The position numbers were made by a program, and so were the translations under genes. Below the pieces are notes generated by a model. The model made no database searches, was not told where the DNA came from, and was given only the letters and a program-made list of their open reading frames with translations. A stretch of 62,703 nt of DNA, the filler included, from Circinaria calcarea (taxonomy: Eukaryota): the NCBI GenBank assembly GCA_051942165.1. It is 4 parts of 4 records of this genome, joined end to end, with 100 filler letters (N's around TTAATTAATTAA, not from the genome) between each part and the next. Parts side by side here need not be neighbours in the genome. Positions count along the whole stretch, not along the records: positions 1 to 15,665 come from JAVECS010000356.1; 3 more parts are not named here. The stretch is one strand, 5' to 3'. This document shows positions 1 through 12,573 of this stretch, piece by piece (positions within the stretch are counted from its first letter, which is position 1; every line of letters starts with the position of its first letter).

Positions 1-133
1 CAAAAAACAAAAAACAAAAAACAAAAAACAAAAAACAAAAAACAAAAAACAAAAAACAAAAAACAAAAAACAAAAAACAAAAAACAAAAAACAAAAAACA
101 AAAAACAAAAAACAAAAAACAAAAAACAAAAAA
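1..133. repeat. (CAAAAAA)19 heptanucleotide tandem repeat at contig start
   Basis: 19 perfect copies of CAAAAAA read directly; probably the cause of the assembly break. Confidence 0.97.
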
Positions 134-680
134 CAACTAGAACCGCATGCTACAGCAAAAAAATTTAGGCATATTTGAAACTAGTTTCAATAAAATATAA
201 AGCCCTCATTGTAAAAACTGGCTGGTATAGGTAGTAAAAAACACTATCTGAATAAATGAATGGCCTTGTGAACCCAAAGGAAAAAGGGAGAAGAAAAGGA
301 AAAGAGTCTTCGGATTTGGGCTTCAGTGAGATCTGATCGAGTAAATCTCACGAGGCGGTCCAAAGGGTAGCTAGCGACAGGTAGGTTGAACATGTCAAGA
401 GTCAACGAATAAACGATACGTAGGGACCGGGACAAGGACCAATGGTATTGATCAAGGACCATTGCGCTAAAAAGCTTCCGACGCCCTAATCTCCTTCTCC
501 TCTGCCCTCCCTCCTTCCTATCCAATCTCAACCCAGAACGAGCGTGGCATGCCCAATAACCAGTCCAACCATCTAAAACTCCCTCTTTTCCCAAGAAGAA
601 ACACATCCATCCTCATCATTACTCCCCCCGATCCCTTTCCCAACTTCATTCCCTCAACCCTCGCCCTCACTCTCCCTGCC

Positions 681-3600
681 CTATTTCCCATAACTCACCG
701 CCCTCCCCAACGGACTCCCCACCTTAGGCGCCCATTGCAGACTCTTCCTCCTCGCCAGCAGCAACCGCTGCCGGACCCGCTCGTCCGGTTGATCTTCGAT
801 CCGCCCCGAGAGCGGAAACAACGGCTGCATCGTCTGTTTCGGCGGGCAAGTCTGCTGGACAAGCTCCGCGCCCCGGCTCAAATAGTACGGGGTCGTCGGG
901 GAACCCCATGACGAATCACCGTCGTCGTAAAGCTGGTGACCGGGTCGAGGGGTCTCTGGCTCTGGCTCTGGTGATCGCGAAGATACGGCAATGGACTCGC
1001 GCCGGGAGATTGGGGAGCTGAGGTTGAGGAATTCCTTTGTTGGAGAGAGGTCGAATGTTACTTTTGCAGGTGCCTCCGCTAGGACGAGACTACCGTTGAT
1101 GTTGGAAAGCATTCTAGGCTCCATTGACTTTCGGCGTCTGTGACCTCCTCGAGGGATCAGAGAGGTATCGATTGCATACTCGACTTCATCGAGCCATTTA
1201 TTCTCTCGCTCACAGCTGGTGTATCTTATCAGTATGAAAAAGTACTTGTTGACGTTGAGAGAACTTACTTTAGTACCCAACTAACACCAACGCATGAAAC
1301 CAAGCCTCTGCTCTCACGGACTTTCTCTAGTGTTCTCTTCCCGCCATCTTTGAATACCACATGAGTAATACCAACTTTACCACTTGGAACAGACTCATCA
1401 GGAGATGGTGTTTGGTCGCCGCCGAGGGAGCCACTAACATTTACTCGTGGGTTCCATGTCCATTGCTTTACACATCTTGCTCCCATTTGCGTCAAGAGCT
1501 CGATAAAGATGGCGCTAGCCTCTGCTCCTTCCGTCGTATGTACATCAACATAGACGACTGCTCCTCGTAGGATGTGTGCATCAGCACCCTTCCGAATTGT
1601 CCTCATCGGGGTGCCAAAACTTGACCAGGTATCTGGATTAGGAGTGGAGGGATCGTTGGCGAATGCCCCTCCCCCCGCATTTGCTTCGGTCGGTGACAAA
1701 CTTGACTCTGCTAGAACTCGTGTTGGCGTATTTGCTTCAGGGTTTGAAAGGTCGATTTCACTCGGCTGGTATGTAGTCGATTGTGGCTCACTCACGACGG
1801 CTAGAGCGGCCGAGGAAGATCTGCTCCGTTTACGGGTCGTCTTTACAGGCGAGTCTTCAGCTGCTGCGCGTAGTGGTACTTTAGACACTGTATGAATTTC
1901 TCGCGGGTTCGACTGGAAAACCCTTGCAGGGGTACACGTCTGAAGCGAAGCACGTGGAGCATTTTGGATACTTCGCAATTGAGGGTCAATAGGTATGGCG
2001 TTCTCGTCCCCATATTGCTCTGATTCTGGTGAGTCGTGCATTCCGTCAAGATCCATGTTATCCTCTTCTTCTTCATCAGGTTGAGTCTCCGGCAAAACAG
2101 CGATTTGCTGATCCAGCATAGCCATTTCGTCCTCGAAAAAGGTAGATTTCAGTGGAGATCCGGCCGGTACAAGCGCCAATACCCCGTCAGGTCTGCTGAA
2201 TAATGTTGAACCAGCTGGAGAGAAGATACCTCGCTGTTGGCCTCGGACGTCTCTAGAAGACTGCTTTTCTGGACTTGATGCAAGCCAAGAGCTTAATTGA
2301 GTAGCGAGAGGCGTCATAGAAACACCTTTCTTAAAAGAAGCTGTACCGTCATCCGTTGACTGTCCTCCACGTCTGTCCCTCGTTACTCTGGACGAATGTC
2401 CTGGTATTGGAGTGGCGAGAGCTCCGAAATCTTTCGTCGAGATGTCGAAATTTTGCAGCGGCGATGCCCTGGTCGACTGCGATGGTGAATGTAGTTCATC
2501 GTCGGAATCAGAGTCTTCCGGGGTATGCCTCAGAGCAGGTGAAGCCAAAGTGAATGCCTTAGTGTTGAACACGTCAGGGGTGTTAGGATAGTTCATAACC
2601 CGTCCATTTTCTGGTCCACTATTAAGCTCTTCCGCTGGCTTTGTCAAGATCTGCGTGGAATCCGATGGCTGGGCATCTTCTGTATCAATGGGAGAAGTTG
2701 GTGGGCTTTGTAGCATACCTGAGAGGGAACTAGGTGCTGGCAATACTATTATTGTCTTAGACAGAGTTTCTCCCCCGAGTACGCCAGTAATGATATCGCT
2801 CTCGTCATTCGCCCCATTGGGACCGTTCAAGGTATCGGAATCGTCATTTGGAGCGTCGCCTTTAGGAATGGTTATTCTCTGCACCTTCGATGGTCGCTCA
2901 GTCTGAGCTTCACGCTCTACCATTGCAGACTCTTGCAGCTTGACGGGCCGCCCAACGGATTTCGCAGCTCGTATGTCAATTCTATTAAACTTTTGTGGGG
3001 TGAACACAGGTAGCTTAAAGGTATTAGTCTGTTTAGAGGCTGTCGCAGCATCCATCACTGGAACTGCCATGAATGGATCACTAGGCGCGGCAGGAGTAGC
3101 TGCTTTGATGGCTGATACTGGACGTCTAGCTGGAGATTGTAGTAGTGAAGCTTTCAGCGCTGGTTGTGATCCTGAATGAAGCGGTTGTATAATAGTGCTA
3201 CGGTTGTTGAGCTTCTTTGGCGAGTCCTTGAACGCATCCTTGAAGGGCGAAGGGGGTGGACGTCGAGCTGGACTTGCAAGTATTGATGAAGACATCTCCT
3301 TCGCGGGAGATTTCACATCAGTAGTCGACTCGATGTCAAGCTTAGATACACTTCTGTAATCCCCAGTCTTTACACTCAGAGGTGCTTTTACCGGAGAGCT
3401 GTTAAGAGTCTTCATGGGGGTTTTTTGCCCACAGAGCTCGTCGTCGGAACCAATCGAGCTACTCTTCGCTACTTGCTTGACTTTCTTTGGTGAAAGTGGG
3501 AGTGTCGCTCGTGTGTTGACGTTCTTCTCTACTTGCGTTGATGTCGTCTGTGGTAGCTTCCTTCCCCGTGTACTACCCCTATTGGCAATAACCGGCTTCC

Positions 3601-4240
3601 GTATCGGCTTTGCTTTGAATCCAGTTTGCTTTGGTTCTGACTTCTCTGTGGCCTTCGTTGGCATTGGGCGGTTTTCCTGATCCTGCTCGGTACTTTCCTT
3701 GAAAGAGACTGTCTTCCTATTCACAGCTGGCTTCGATGTTGAGGTATTCGAAAATTTCGTACTTGCTGTCGCCGCTCGACTACGTGTGGCCTTTAGCGGC
3801 GGCGGCTTGCTGACTTCGACAGGAATTGCCTCCACTTCTTGCACTATTCTTCCGATAGCTTTCCTAGGTCTACCTTTCGGCTTAGGGACAGTTTGAACCA
3901 CATCTTCCCCATCAGTTATTGACTTCTCCAATCGACTTCTCGTTCTCGGTAGTGTGTCAATTGTGACAACAGCCTGGTTGGTCTCAGTCTCGACAGCCTT
4001 TTTCGGTCTTCCTCGAGTCTTCACGCTTGGGATTTCCTCCAATTGAGCAGTGGCATCCTTGGCAGCATCATCTGCTCTAATATTCCGCTTTGTGGTTTTG
4101 GGTGGTTTGATTGGTGTCTTGCTCAAAGCGGCGACTTTGGCAGAAGCTGTTGTAATCTTCGTCGTTCTAATCCCGGATTCCGAAATCTCGTTGGCCTTTG
4201 TGCGTGCGCGTGTTACACGTTTTGGTGGTGATTCAGCCAT
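681..4240 (-). CDS. Large low-complexity S/T/P/K-rich protein with C-terminal BRCT domain
   Basis: ORF 1265..4345 joined to 681..1280 by intron 1216-1268 (GTAAGT...CAG). BRCT-like segment LRGAVVYVDVHTTEG...LTQMGARCVKQW...THVVFKDGG...CVGVSWVLNCE. Likely ATG 4240 (MAESPPKR); an upstream in-frame ATG lies at 4294. Confidence 0.85.
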
Positions 4241-4855
4241 ATCCACCGATTTCTTGCGTTTCCTCGAGAATAGAGGGGATACCAGAGTTACCATAGAAGA
4301 GAAATTGCGATTGGGCTTAAACTGGCATCGAATTCCCAGTCTCAAAGAAGATTTGGGCGCCGGAAAAGAATACTGGCCGTCATGGGAGATTGGTGGTATA
4401 TCTCAAGAGATGTGTTTTCAAAGTCCCACGTCAAATAAACAAACAAAGCTCTCGAGCAACCGGGAAAATCGGCCAAGCCTAATTAGGCTAGCGAAAAAAG
4501 CTCAACTATCAGCAAACTGAAGCCCCCACTAGCAAAAGTCACTTGAAGCTATGATTGTCTTTAAATGCCATCAGCTGTGTATAAAATCAAGTTATGTTTC
4601 TGCAAGGGTGCGCTACATACTTTCTCAGGTAATCTAATATTACTACTGTACTCAAACAGCATTTCCGGCGCCTTCCATTTGATTTTACATTCTCATGTCA
4701 ACCCAAGGATGAAGGTCTTGTGAAGTTTGTGATACTTCGTAGATGATCCTATATGCATTATTTGCCCATGTGAAATATCTTGTTTTTCGCGTACAGCTGA
4801 AGAAATCCATGCCTACCACGGCTAGACTGCCGCCTCGAACAAACTTTCCCCGTTG

Positions 4856-5467
4856 CTACTGTTGCTTCACTGCATGCGTATCATTCACCATCAATGACCT
4901 GTCCTTCTTTCCCCCTCCGTTCCCCGTCATCGGCCGGTCTCATCAGTCTCTTCCTTTCTTGCCCTAAAATCACTTATAGGCAAGTCAGCACTTCCCCAAC
5001 CCTAAAACACACCTTAGTCCTACCCGGGGGAAGAAATACTCACATCGCTGATACAAGACCCAACTCGTCACAATCACAATCGGCAATGCCACTATCGCAT
5101 AAGTAAACTTTCTCGCCACATTTTTATATCCCTCTGGCAGCTGCCCGGTGCTGATCTTGAGCGTTGGTCGGGAGGGATGGGCACGAGCACTGAGCTGGGA
5201 GACAGCAAAGGCATTAAGTGACGCTGGTGAGGGGAATGAAGGGGCTGGTTTAGGCGGTGTACGAGACGGAGGAGACGATGGTTTAGATGGATCTAGTGAT
5301 TGTGGATCAAGTGGGCTTGCTTTCCGAGTGGAGCTTAGCGGTGCAGTGGCTGGCTTATTGCGAGTGTAGACTGTCCTTCTTTGCGTGTAAATTGAATGTC
5401 TAGGATCCAAGGAGCCAAGACGACGATACTGCAAGCACGAAAACGTTGCTTTTGATCTGCCTGCCAT
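4856..5467 (-). CDS. Small hypothetical protein with one TM helix, possibly mitochondrial
   Basis: ATG 5467; Arg/Ser-rich N-terminus; hydrophobic FTYAIVALPIVIVTSWVLY; intron ~4973-5043 (GTGAGT...GCTGAC...AAG); exon 2 reads LILGQERKRL... to TAG at 4856. Confidence 0.7.
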
Positions 5468-6365
5468 GTTCACATTCCCCCTCGCCACTTGTGATTTTGA
5501 CTTGTCTGGTTGCTGCGAGGAGGCGAATCCTTGTACGATACTAAAGCATCGCTATTTCACCTTCATGTCTTGATCAGACGTCTCCTGGAGATCTGATATA
5601 CGTGCTGTGATGGTTATATTCTACGGAAATCAACCAAAAGTGGAATACCATGTGCCTCTAACTGCCAAATCCGGCCGAGGACACCCCTGGTAAAATACCC
5701 GGCGCTGCCGAACTACACAATCGGACGTTCATCTCTTAAATGTATATAAGGTATTTACGCTATCTACATAGTGCCTGCCGCATCCTGCTTGTTCCCGCTA
5801 TTCCGGACGAATCGATCGGATCTTTGAGTTGGGCGTACTTGAGGATACTATTTCTTTCGCAATGGTGTCGAGACTCTTCCAGAAAGTGGCATGAAAGAGA
5901 GAGAAAGCGGTCAGGATTTAGAGTACGGTACTCTCGACCCATTCATATATCCAAAAGCATGGGATCTCATTCAAGTAGGTTTAGAGCGACATGGTGTTTT
6001 AGATGTCTACATAAACCGAAGTAGAGGCAAACAAGACAGTGCTACAAGGGGAGCTGACTTAAGATGAGACGTGTATCGAGGGCACTAGCTAATCAAGCCA
6101 TCTGGCAGTACCACGGACATCCCAGGCTCCCCTTACACCAAGCAAATGTCATCATAACTCAGCCGTCATAATGGTCTCTCAGATATGGCGACTGCATGCT
6201 GATGCAGGCAAATCACCACGTGACGATATTCGAAGCTCCTCCAAACCCCTCCAAAGCTCCATTTTACCCTCCGAGAAGACCACCAAGCACCTTGCAATGC
6301 TTCATAAAAGTACAATCCCGTGTGCGCCCAGCAATAAATGTACATAGTGCCAATTATGTTGCGCA

Positions 6366-8480
6366 TCATTGTTTTTTCGCACCAAACCTTGATCCGGGGA
6401 GAGGCGGAAAGCCATATTTCTTAATCTTCTCTTGTTCCTCGGCGTCCTTGAACCTTGGGGGTGCACCTTTAATATTGCCCTTTGACGTAGGTGTCAAGGT
6501 CTGTAATGGCTGGTTTTGCATGTATTGCGGTTGACCTAAGAAACCTGGTTTAAGCAGCATTCTCTGGTTCATTTGCGCCGTATTGCCATAAGCACTGGCA
6601 TGTGCAGGATTGATGCCACCAGAAGGCGTAGACGAGCGAGCCCGGCTTGAGAGATGGGCGTAAAGTTGGGATGTTGCGTGGCTCTGCGCCGCTGGAATAA
6701 TAGTGTTGATGGAGACCCCTGCTTGTGAGAAGAGAGATAGGAGGGTTGCAGCTTTATCCCTGACAGTCTGGGAGCCGTAAGAATCGGCGCGTGGCTTGCT
6801 CAGGGGAACTCCTCTTCGATCGTTACCAGACTGACCACTATTGCGTTCAGCAAGCTCGTTGACAATACGCTGGAAAGTAGCAGCAACGTCCATGTCTGTT
6901 CGCGATTTTCCCTCTTCATCAGAGTGTTGTCCGTTGATTTCGTCGGGATCAGCAATAGTTTTGTCATCGTCGTCCTCTGTTAGCGATCCACCGTTCGCGA
7001 GAGCTAGGAGTGCGTCAATCTGAGAGGGATCAAGCACACGCTCACTCGGTGCCTCTTGCAAGTTGGAAGGAATAGCGTTGCCGTTGGATCTATGTTTGCC
7101 GTACTCGTTTGCATTTCCACTCTTCGGGGGTGGATCGCCGTAGGGTGTCACATACTCCTTAGTGTTGGCCATATCGTTAAAAAGGGCAGATGCGGCATTC
7201 AACACTCTGATGATTTCGTTCGACTGTTGGCTGGTTAATGGCACCTGCAGGGTGGGTGCATTGGCTGCTTGCTCTGATTGATTCTCATTCTCAGTCCCGC
7301 TTACTAACTCAAGATCGTTATGGTCGTCGCTAACACTCAAAAGCCTGTTAATGCCTTGCTTGATTTCGGGATGTGAAGCGATGATCGTCAGAGCTTCGAC
7401 GAGCGAATCATAATCTAGCGTTTTGCTTTCCAAGGCAGCTCTCAGGGCGTTGGCCATTGCAGTGTTCGACCCAAGGCTGTTGTCGCTGCTCGTCGATAGT
7501 AGTGTGTTTAGCAATAGACTACCAATTCGGTGGACTCCCTGGTTCATTTCGGTGTCTTGCGATGGGAACAGGCTTGAAGCGATATCAGATTTGAGAACAA
7601 AGCTTGGTATCCTACCCGCTCTACTTGCAAGAGTGCGTTGCCGAATTTCTCGTTTCGTACGTTGCTTGATGATCTCTGTTTGGGTGGAAACATGTTTGCC
7701 GGCAGAATTGTGGGGCGCAAGAGTGCCTTCGGCTAATTTGTTGACGCGGCCACGCTGATTGGGGGTTTTATCTGTGAAGAGAATTAGATCTTCCAGCGAT
7801 ATCTTTGCTGTTGTGCCTTTATTCGACGCATGCATACCTCTTCTTTTACTCATCTCGTTTGAAGTCATTGTTTGCGCAAAACTGCCTCCGTATGATTTAC
7901 CGTCTCCGCGGATAATTCCTGACCCTGTGTCATCGTCTATTGTGCTAGACCGGGATCGTGATGACTGCGATGAGAGTCGGCCGCCCCTCACGTCCATGTT
8001 TTCTCTTGAGGCGTCGAGATCAACATCCTGAAAGTGACTGATCTGCTGCGCGACCCACATTCTAAGGCCGCATGGGTCCGATGGCACGTGGGAAAGGTCC
8101 ACGTCAGCATACATCGGGTCGGAAATACAACGTTCGAGTGAATTGGTAGGGCGCTGAGATTGGTTTCGAGAGGATGAAGTTGTGCTTGTCATGGAGTTTG
8201 TATTTTCGGGCGAGATAGAATCTGCTATAGCGGCTTGTGCAGCTTGAACAGCAAGGGCCTCGATATCCGTCCCTACTGTAGATGTTAAAGCCTCTGTCTT
8301 GTCACCTAATGAACCTGGATTGGGTATGGTTTGCTTGTGCCCGACCCCGTTTGAAGGGTCTTGACTTGTGGACAATCCACTCGGCGTAGTACTACTCCTA
8401 GCAGGTATCTTTTCTCTTTTGATGCGCTTTGCTCGGTGTCCATCATCTCTAGTCTTCACGACAATCGTGTCTCCATTCAT
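6366..8480 (-). CDS. Uncharacterised protein with degenerate DUF3020-like basic segment
   Basis: 704-aa ORF; probable in-frame intron 7772-7837; conserved-looking blocks DPCGLRMWVAQQIS, QRGRVNKLA...KQRTKREIRQR and C-terminal EEQEKIKKYGFPPLPGSR. Domain identity is from recall. Confidence 0.7.
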   Translation of the reverse strand: MNGDTIVVKTRDDGHRAKRIKREKIPARSSTTPSGLSTSQDPSNGVGHKQTIPNPGSLGDKTEALTSTVGTDIEALAVQAAQAAIADSISPENTNSMTSTTSSSRNQSQRPTNSLERCISDPMYADVDLSHVPSDPCGLRMWVAQQISHFQDVDLDASRENMDVRGGRLSSQSSRSRSSTIDDDTGSGIIRGDGKSYGGSFAQTMTSNEMSKRRGMHASNKGTTAKISLEDLILFTDKTPNQRGRVNKLAEGTLAPHNSAGKHVSTQTEIIKQRTKREIRQRTLASRAGRIPSFVLKSDIASSLFPSQDTEMNQGVHRIGSLLLNTLLSTSSDNSLGSNTAMANALRAALESKTLDYDSLVEALTIIASHPEIKQGINRLLSVSDDHNDLELVSGTENENQSEQAANAPTLQVPLTSQQSNEIIRVLNAASALFNDMANTKEYVTPYGDPPPKSGNANEYGKHRSNGNAIPSNLQEAPSERVLDPSQIDALLALANGGSLTEDDDDKTIADPDEINGQHSDEEGKSRTDMDVAATFQRIVNELAERNSGQSGNDRRGVPLSKPRADSYGSQTVRDKAATLLSLFSQAGVSINTIIPAAQSHATSQLYAHLSSRARSSTPSGGINPAHASAYGNTAQMNQRMLLKPGFLGQPQYMQNQPLQTLTPTSKGNIKGAPPRFKDAEEQEKIKKYGFPPLPGSRFGAKKQ

Positions 8481-9197
8481 TGTTCACGCGCTTGGAGCGG
8501 TTTCGGCTATTTCTAGGGCTTCCGATTCTTTGTGAGAATGCGAGGTCTTATGTGAGGTTCGTGCAGTCGGAAATCAGCTTTGTGGTTTAAGAAATCACCG
8601 ATAGTGGGAGTGGCTTGCAGGACTGCGGTATTGGTGAAGGTTGGGAGGGAGGAGAGGAGTGCGAGCTTCGAGACACTGAAGCGAGTAGGGCTAGCTTAGG
8701 GTGAGCCGAGGAGTTCGAGAGCCAGTGTAGCAATATAGAATTCGCGCTGTTGACCAAACACCCTTGCGATCTAACTCATCCATAGTCAGTATGAAGACAA
8801 TACTAGTAGTAGCCAATACATATGTGAAGCTGCCACTTACTACCTGTGCGAGTGATTGTAGCCCTCGCCCTCGTTACGATTGGATCTGTTGATAGTCCTC
8901 ATTCATTGTGTCTTCTGAGTCCAGCGATTCTGGGTATATCTCTCCGGTCATTGCAAGGCTAATAATATGTTCCAAGCGCAAGGCAAGTAAGCAATCCGAA
9001 AGGGTAGCAAAGTAAACACCATATATATAATCACCATGTAGACATCCTGGAGCTCTCGACATCGAAAGTCGCATTATCCTAGTTGAATGTTATCCGCTTC
9101 GGTACAACAAGATGCCGTAGCGTCATCAGCGCAGTGTAATTTACGTTTCCTCAAGCTGCGGAACTGACACTTGGATTAATTCAAGTCTAAGGGCATT

Positions 9198-10239
9198 ATG
9201 CTGTTATTAAATCCACTACGCATTGCTGCGCTGACCCTATGCGCTACTAGCAATCTGGTAACAGCTGCGTCGTGGGGATTCAGTGATGCAACAATCTCCG
9301 TCCAAGGCAAAGGGACAGGCGTTGGCGGTGGGTTCAAGGAGAAGTAAGGTTACCAATTCTCTTGAGTGCTGTGAACATATAGACTGACTGTGTTCACTTG
9401 TAGGCTCAGCGGAGATCGAGCCCTACCAAAAGCCATTCAACTCAGCGCTACGGACACACTTAAGATCATCCTTACAACGCAGGAGGGCACAACAGCCAAG
9501 CGGCCGCATCAAGCTTTTCTAGGAATCAAAGATGTCAATACAGGTCTTGAAACGTCATTTCCCTTCTCCGTGAAGGAGAGTGGTAAGGGCAAAGTGGAGC
9601 TGGTACGCGGATGGCCCTCAATTTTATTTCAACGTGAGTTGCTAACTCTGAATCCCTAGACTCATAAGGACATTCCGAGTCAATTACTTTCCTCGCCGAC
9701 CCCGTTGTCCGCTTCCATTGTGGTGGCTTCATTTGGGTCTTCGAAACCATATTATTTCAGAGCGTTCGATCTGTCTATAAAAAGAGATCCGGGCACCCCA
9801 GTTGCTGCGTCGGAGAAGCCGCTACGTTACGGAAAGCTTCGAGAGATTCATCATACATTCAAAGCAGATCCGAAAAGCCCTCCGAAGATCGTGTCGCTGG
9901 TATTCACACTTATTGTGCTTGCCGCCCTTCCAGGTCTCTTTGTGACAGTATGTATCTCTCCAACGTACGCGTGATCTGGGTGCTAATGGCTTTTGTAAGT
10001 GGCTATCTTTAGGAGCCAACCTGAATCATCTATCAAAAGCCATGGGGACTTCCCCTATATCCCACACCCTGTTCTTCAGCTCAATACTAGCGATGGAGGG
10101 CATATTTTTCATGTACTATACTTCATGGAATCTGTTCCAGACGCTTCCAGCAGCAGCCGTTGTCGGCTGCGTAACTTTCTTAAGCGGTAGTAGAGCTTTG
10201 AGCGAAGTACAAGAGCGGAGACTTGCAGGTTTGCGATGA
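9198..10239 (+). CDS. SWP1: Oligosaccharyltransferase subunit delta (ribophorin II / Swp1)
   Basis: Signal peptide from ATG 9198; introns ~9344-9402, 9603-9659, 9948-9999; motifs KRPHQAFL, RYGKLREIHHTFKADPKSPP, three C-terminal TMs, GSRALSEVQERRLAGLR. Confidence 0.92.
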
Positions 10240-11343
10240 ACCTCACCTAAATCCGCCGTGTATGATAGTGTTTCGTGCAGTACATCGCAATAAGAATTGA
10301 TAGAGATAAAAGATCTAGAAGCTTCCCTGAAACAGGGATTACAAATGCTCTAGACAACCACTCACCTTTCAATGTCACCTTTCCTTTCCCTTTTCATTTA
10401 TGACCCCTTGGTTGCTAACAAACAAGTCATGTTAAGTCCTGATTAAACCGATTCCTACGTCAGTCCTCGACCTCATCGCAAATCGTCAGTATCCTACATC
10501 TAGTAGAACCCTGCCAGATATGAATATGTAAACTGTGAATAGATAACCTAAAGGTATGATCACAGTCCCCTAGAGATTATTCACTCATTGACCAATGACT
10601 TTTTCTGATGCATTATCTTTGGGGCCATTAGGGTTAATATTGAAATGAGGATTGTAGGCTACAAGCAAATCACAGCCAATAGGTGACTTCTTATGCCCCC
10701 TTTTTCTACGCCAAAAAGAAGTTTAGTGGAATGTTTTGTTTTCTTGTGAGGACCCCGCTCTAAGACTATACGCAAAAATAGCGCGCCTTCCCTCATATGT
10801 CAGGAAAGCGCTCCACAGCATACTGTGGTCGCAGGGACAATAGATGTTAGCGTGGGTTTCGACCAACTCCGATATACTCAGCAAAGGCTGGATAAATTCT
10901 TTTCAAAAAGAGGTGTAATATGGATGGCATCCTCCGGTGTATATTCCATCTTTCTCTATGAAGGCAAACTATCGTTTGGGCATTTCATAATTATTGCAAG
11001 AGGACAACGCTCACATCTGTTATGCCTGCGACCATAGTATACCGATATGCGTGTACCAGAGCCGCAAGTGGGGGGTTAGGAATTTTCCCCGCAGAAGCTT
11101 CCCCGCCGCTACTCTAGCATTTTCCAAACACTGATAGATAGCTTCCCAGGCTACTTATCTTCAAGACTCTCACTGGATCATTCTTCTGGCTGTACAGAGT
11201 TGAGCGATGAGCTCGTAAATTGATAAGGCAGCTTATCGGCTTCGTGAATGTCCAAGTCAGACTAGACTCTCGTCCTGTCAAACACCATCACTAGCATTGT
11301 AACGGGATTCCAAGGTTCTGCTTGCTGGTGCCTCCACTTTAGA

Positions 11344-12423
11344 ATGAGATTTATACCTCTGCTGCAGCGATCGATTCGTTGCAAACTTCCCGTGCAAGTA
11401 GCGGATTCTTTCAAACCTTGTCGAGCAGGTCCGAGATGCGTCGCCCGTGCAGCATCATCATCTTTACAGAACCCACCGCAGGGACACCCACCAGAGACAT
11501 CAAGCCGGGGACCGCCTGCTCCTCCTCCCAAAGAGAATGATAACCTCAGTGAAAACGCTGAATCTGCGAGCTTCCTTGGAACCACAAAGCGGATGCCAGA
11601 ATTTAATCTCACAGACAAGGTTGTCTTGGTCTCTGGCGCAGCAAGGGGCCTAGGGTTAATTCAAGCTGAAGCGCTACTTGAAGCCGGGGCAATTGTTTAT
11701 GCTCTCGATCGATTACCTGAACCATCGCCAGATTTCTATAGAGTACAGAAAAGAGCAGCAGAAGAACTAGGCACAAAATTTCATTATCGACAGATTGATG
11801 TTCGAGATGTCGAAGGTCTTAACAAGGTTGTCAGGGATATTGGAAAGGAACATGGACGGATGGATGGATTGATTGCAGCTGCGGGAATACAACAGGAAAC
11901 GCCCGCACTTGATTATACCGCGAAAGATGCAAATATGATGTTCGAAGTCAACATCACGGGAGTCTTCATGACAGCGCAGGCTGTAGCTAAACAAATGATT
12001 CAATTTGGAAATGGTGGAAGCATAGTACTGATTGCCAGTATGAGCGGGACTATTGCGAATAGGGTAAGTATTATATATAACTTGGATAATGAGTCTGACT
12101 GACAAAGAGAGGGTCTTATTTGTTCTGCGTATAATGGATCTAAGGCGGCCGTAATACAATTGGCACGCAATCTGGCATCAGAATGGGGTGAATACGGCAT
12201 CCGCGTCAACACCATATCCCCAGGTTACATTGTAACGGCGATGGTTGAGGAGCTTTTTAAGCTACACCCAGAACGAAAGACGGAATGGCCAAAGCAGAAC
12301 ATGCTGGGGAGATTGAGTAAGCCCCAGGAATACCGAGGAGCAGCTGTCTTCTTAATCAGCGATGCGTCCAGTTTCATGACCGGCGCCGACCTCAGATCGG
12401 ACGGCGGCCATTCAGCCTGGTAG
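11344..12423 (+). CDS. Short-chain dehydrogenase/reductase, polyol (D-arabinitol/sorbose/mannitol) dehydrogenase-like
   Basis: SGAARGLG Rossmann motif, ASMSG, catalytic YNGSK, IRVNTISPGYI, GADLRSDGGHSAW; intron 12064-12111; Arg-rich N-terminal extension. Confidence 0.92.
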
Positions 12424-12573
12424 TAGATGTCCATCAACTACTCACCTAATTGAAAATTAGAATATATACATCTAGGATCTTACTCACATATATCACACTC
12501 TCGGAATCGTCACCGAGTCTCTCTCAGCAGCTACTCACCTCATGCGTAGCGTCTTCCGCTGGATTTTATCCAC

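Noticed and set aside
1..133. Terminal repeat as a telomere or CRISPR-like array
   Set aside because: No G-rich telomeric unit and no spacers; it is a simple A-rich microsatellite.
1361..4520. Numerous + strand ORFs opposite the BRCT gene (and similar ORFs opposite other genes)
   Set aside because: Antisense shadow ORFs of real coding sequence.
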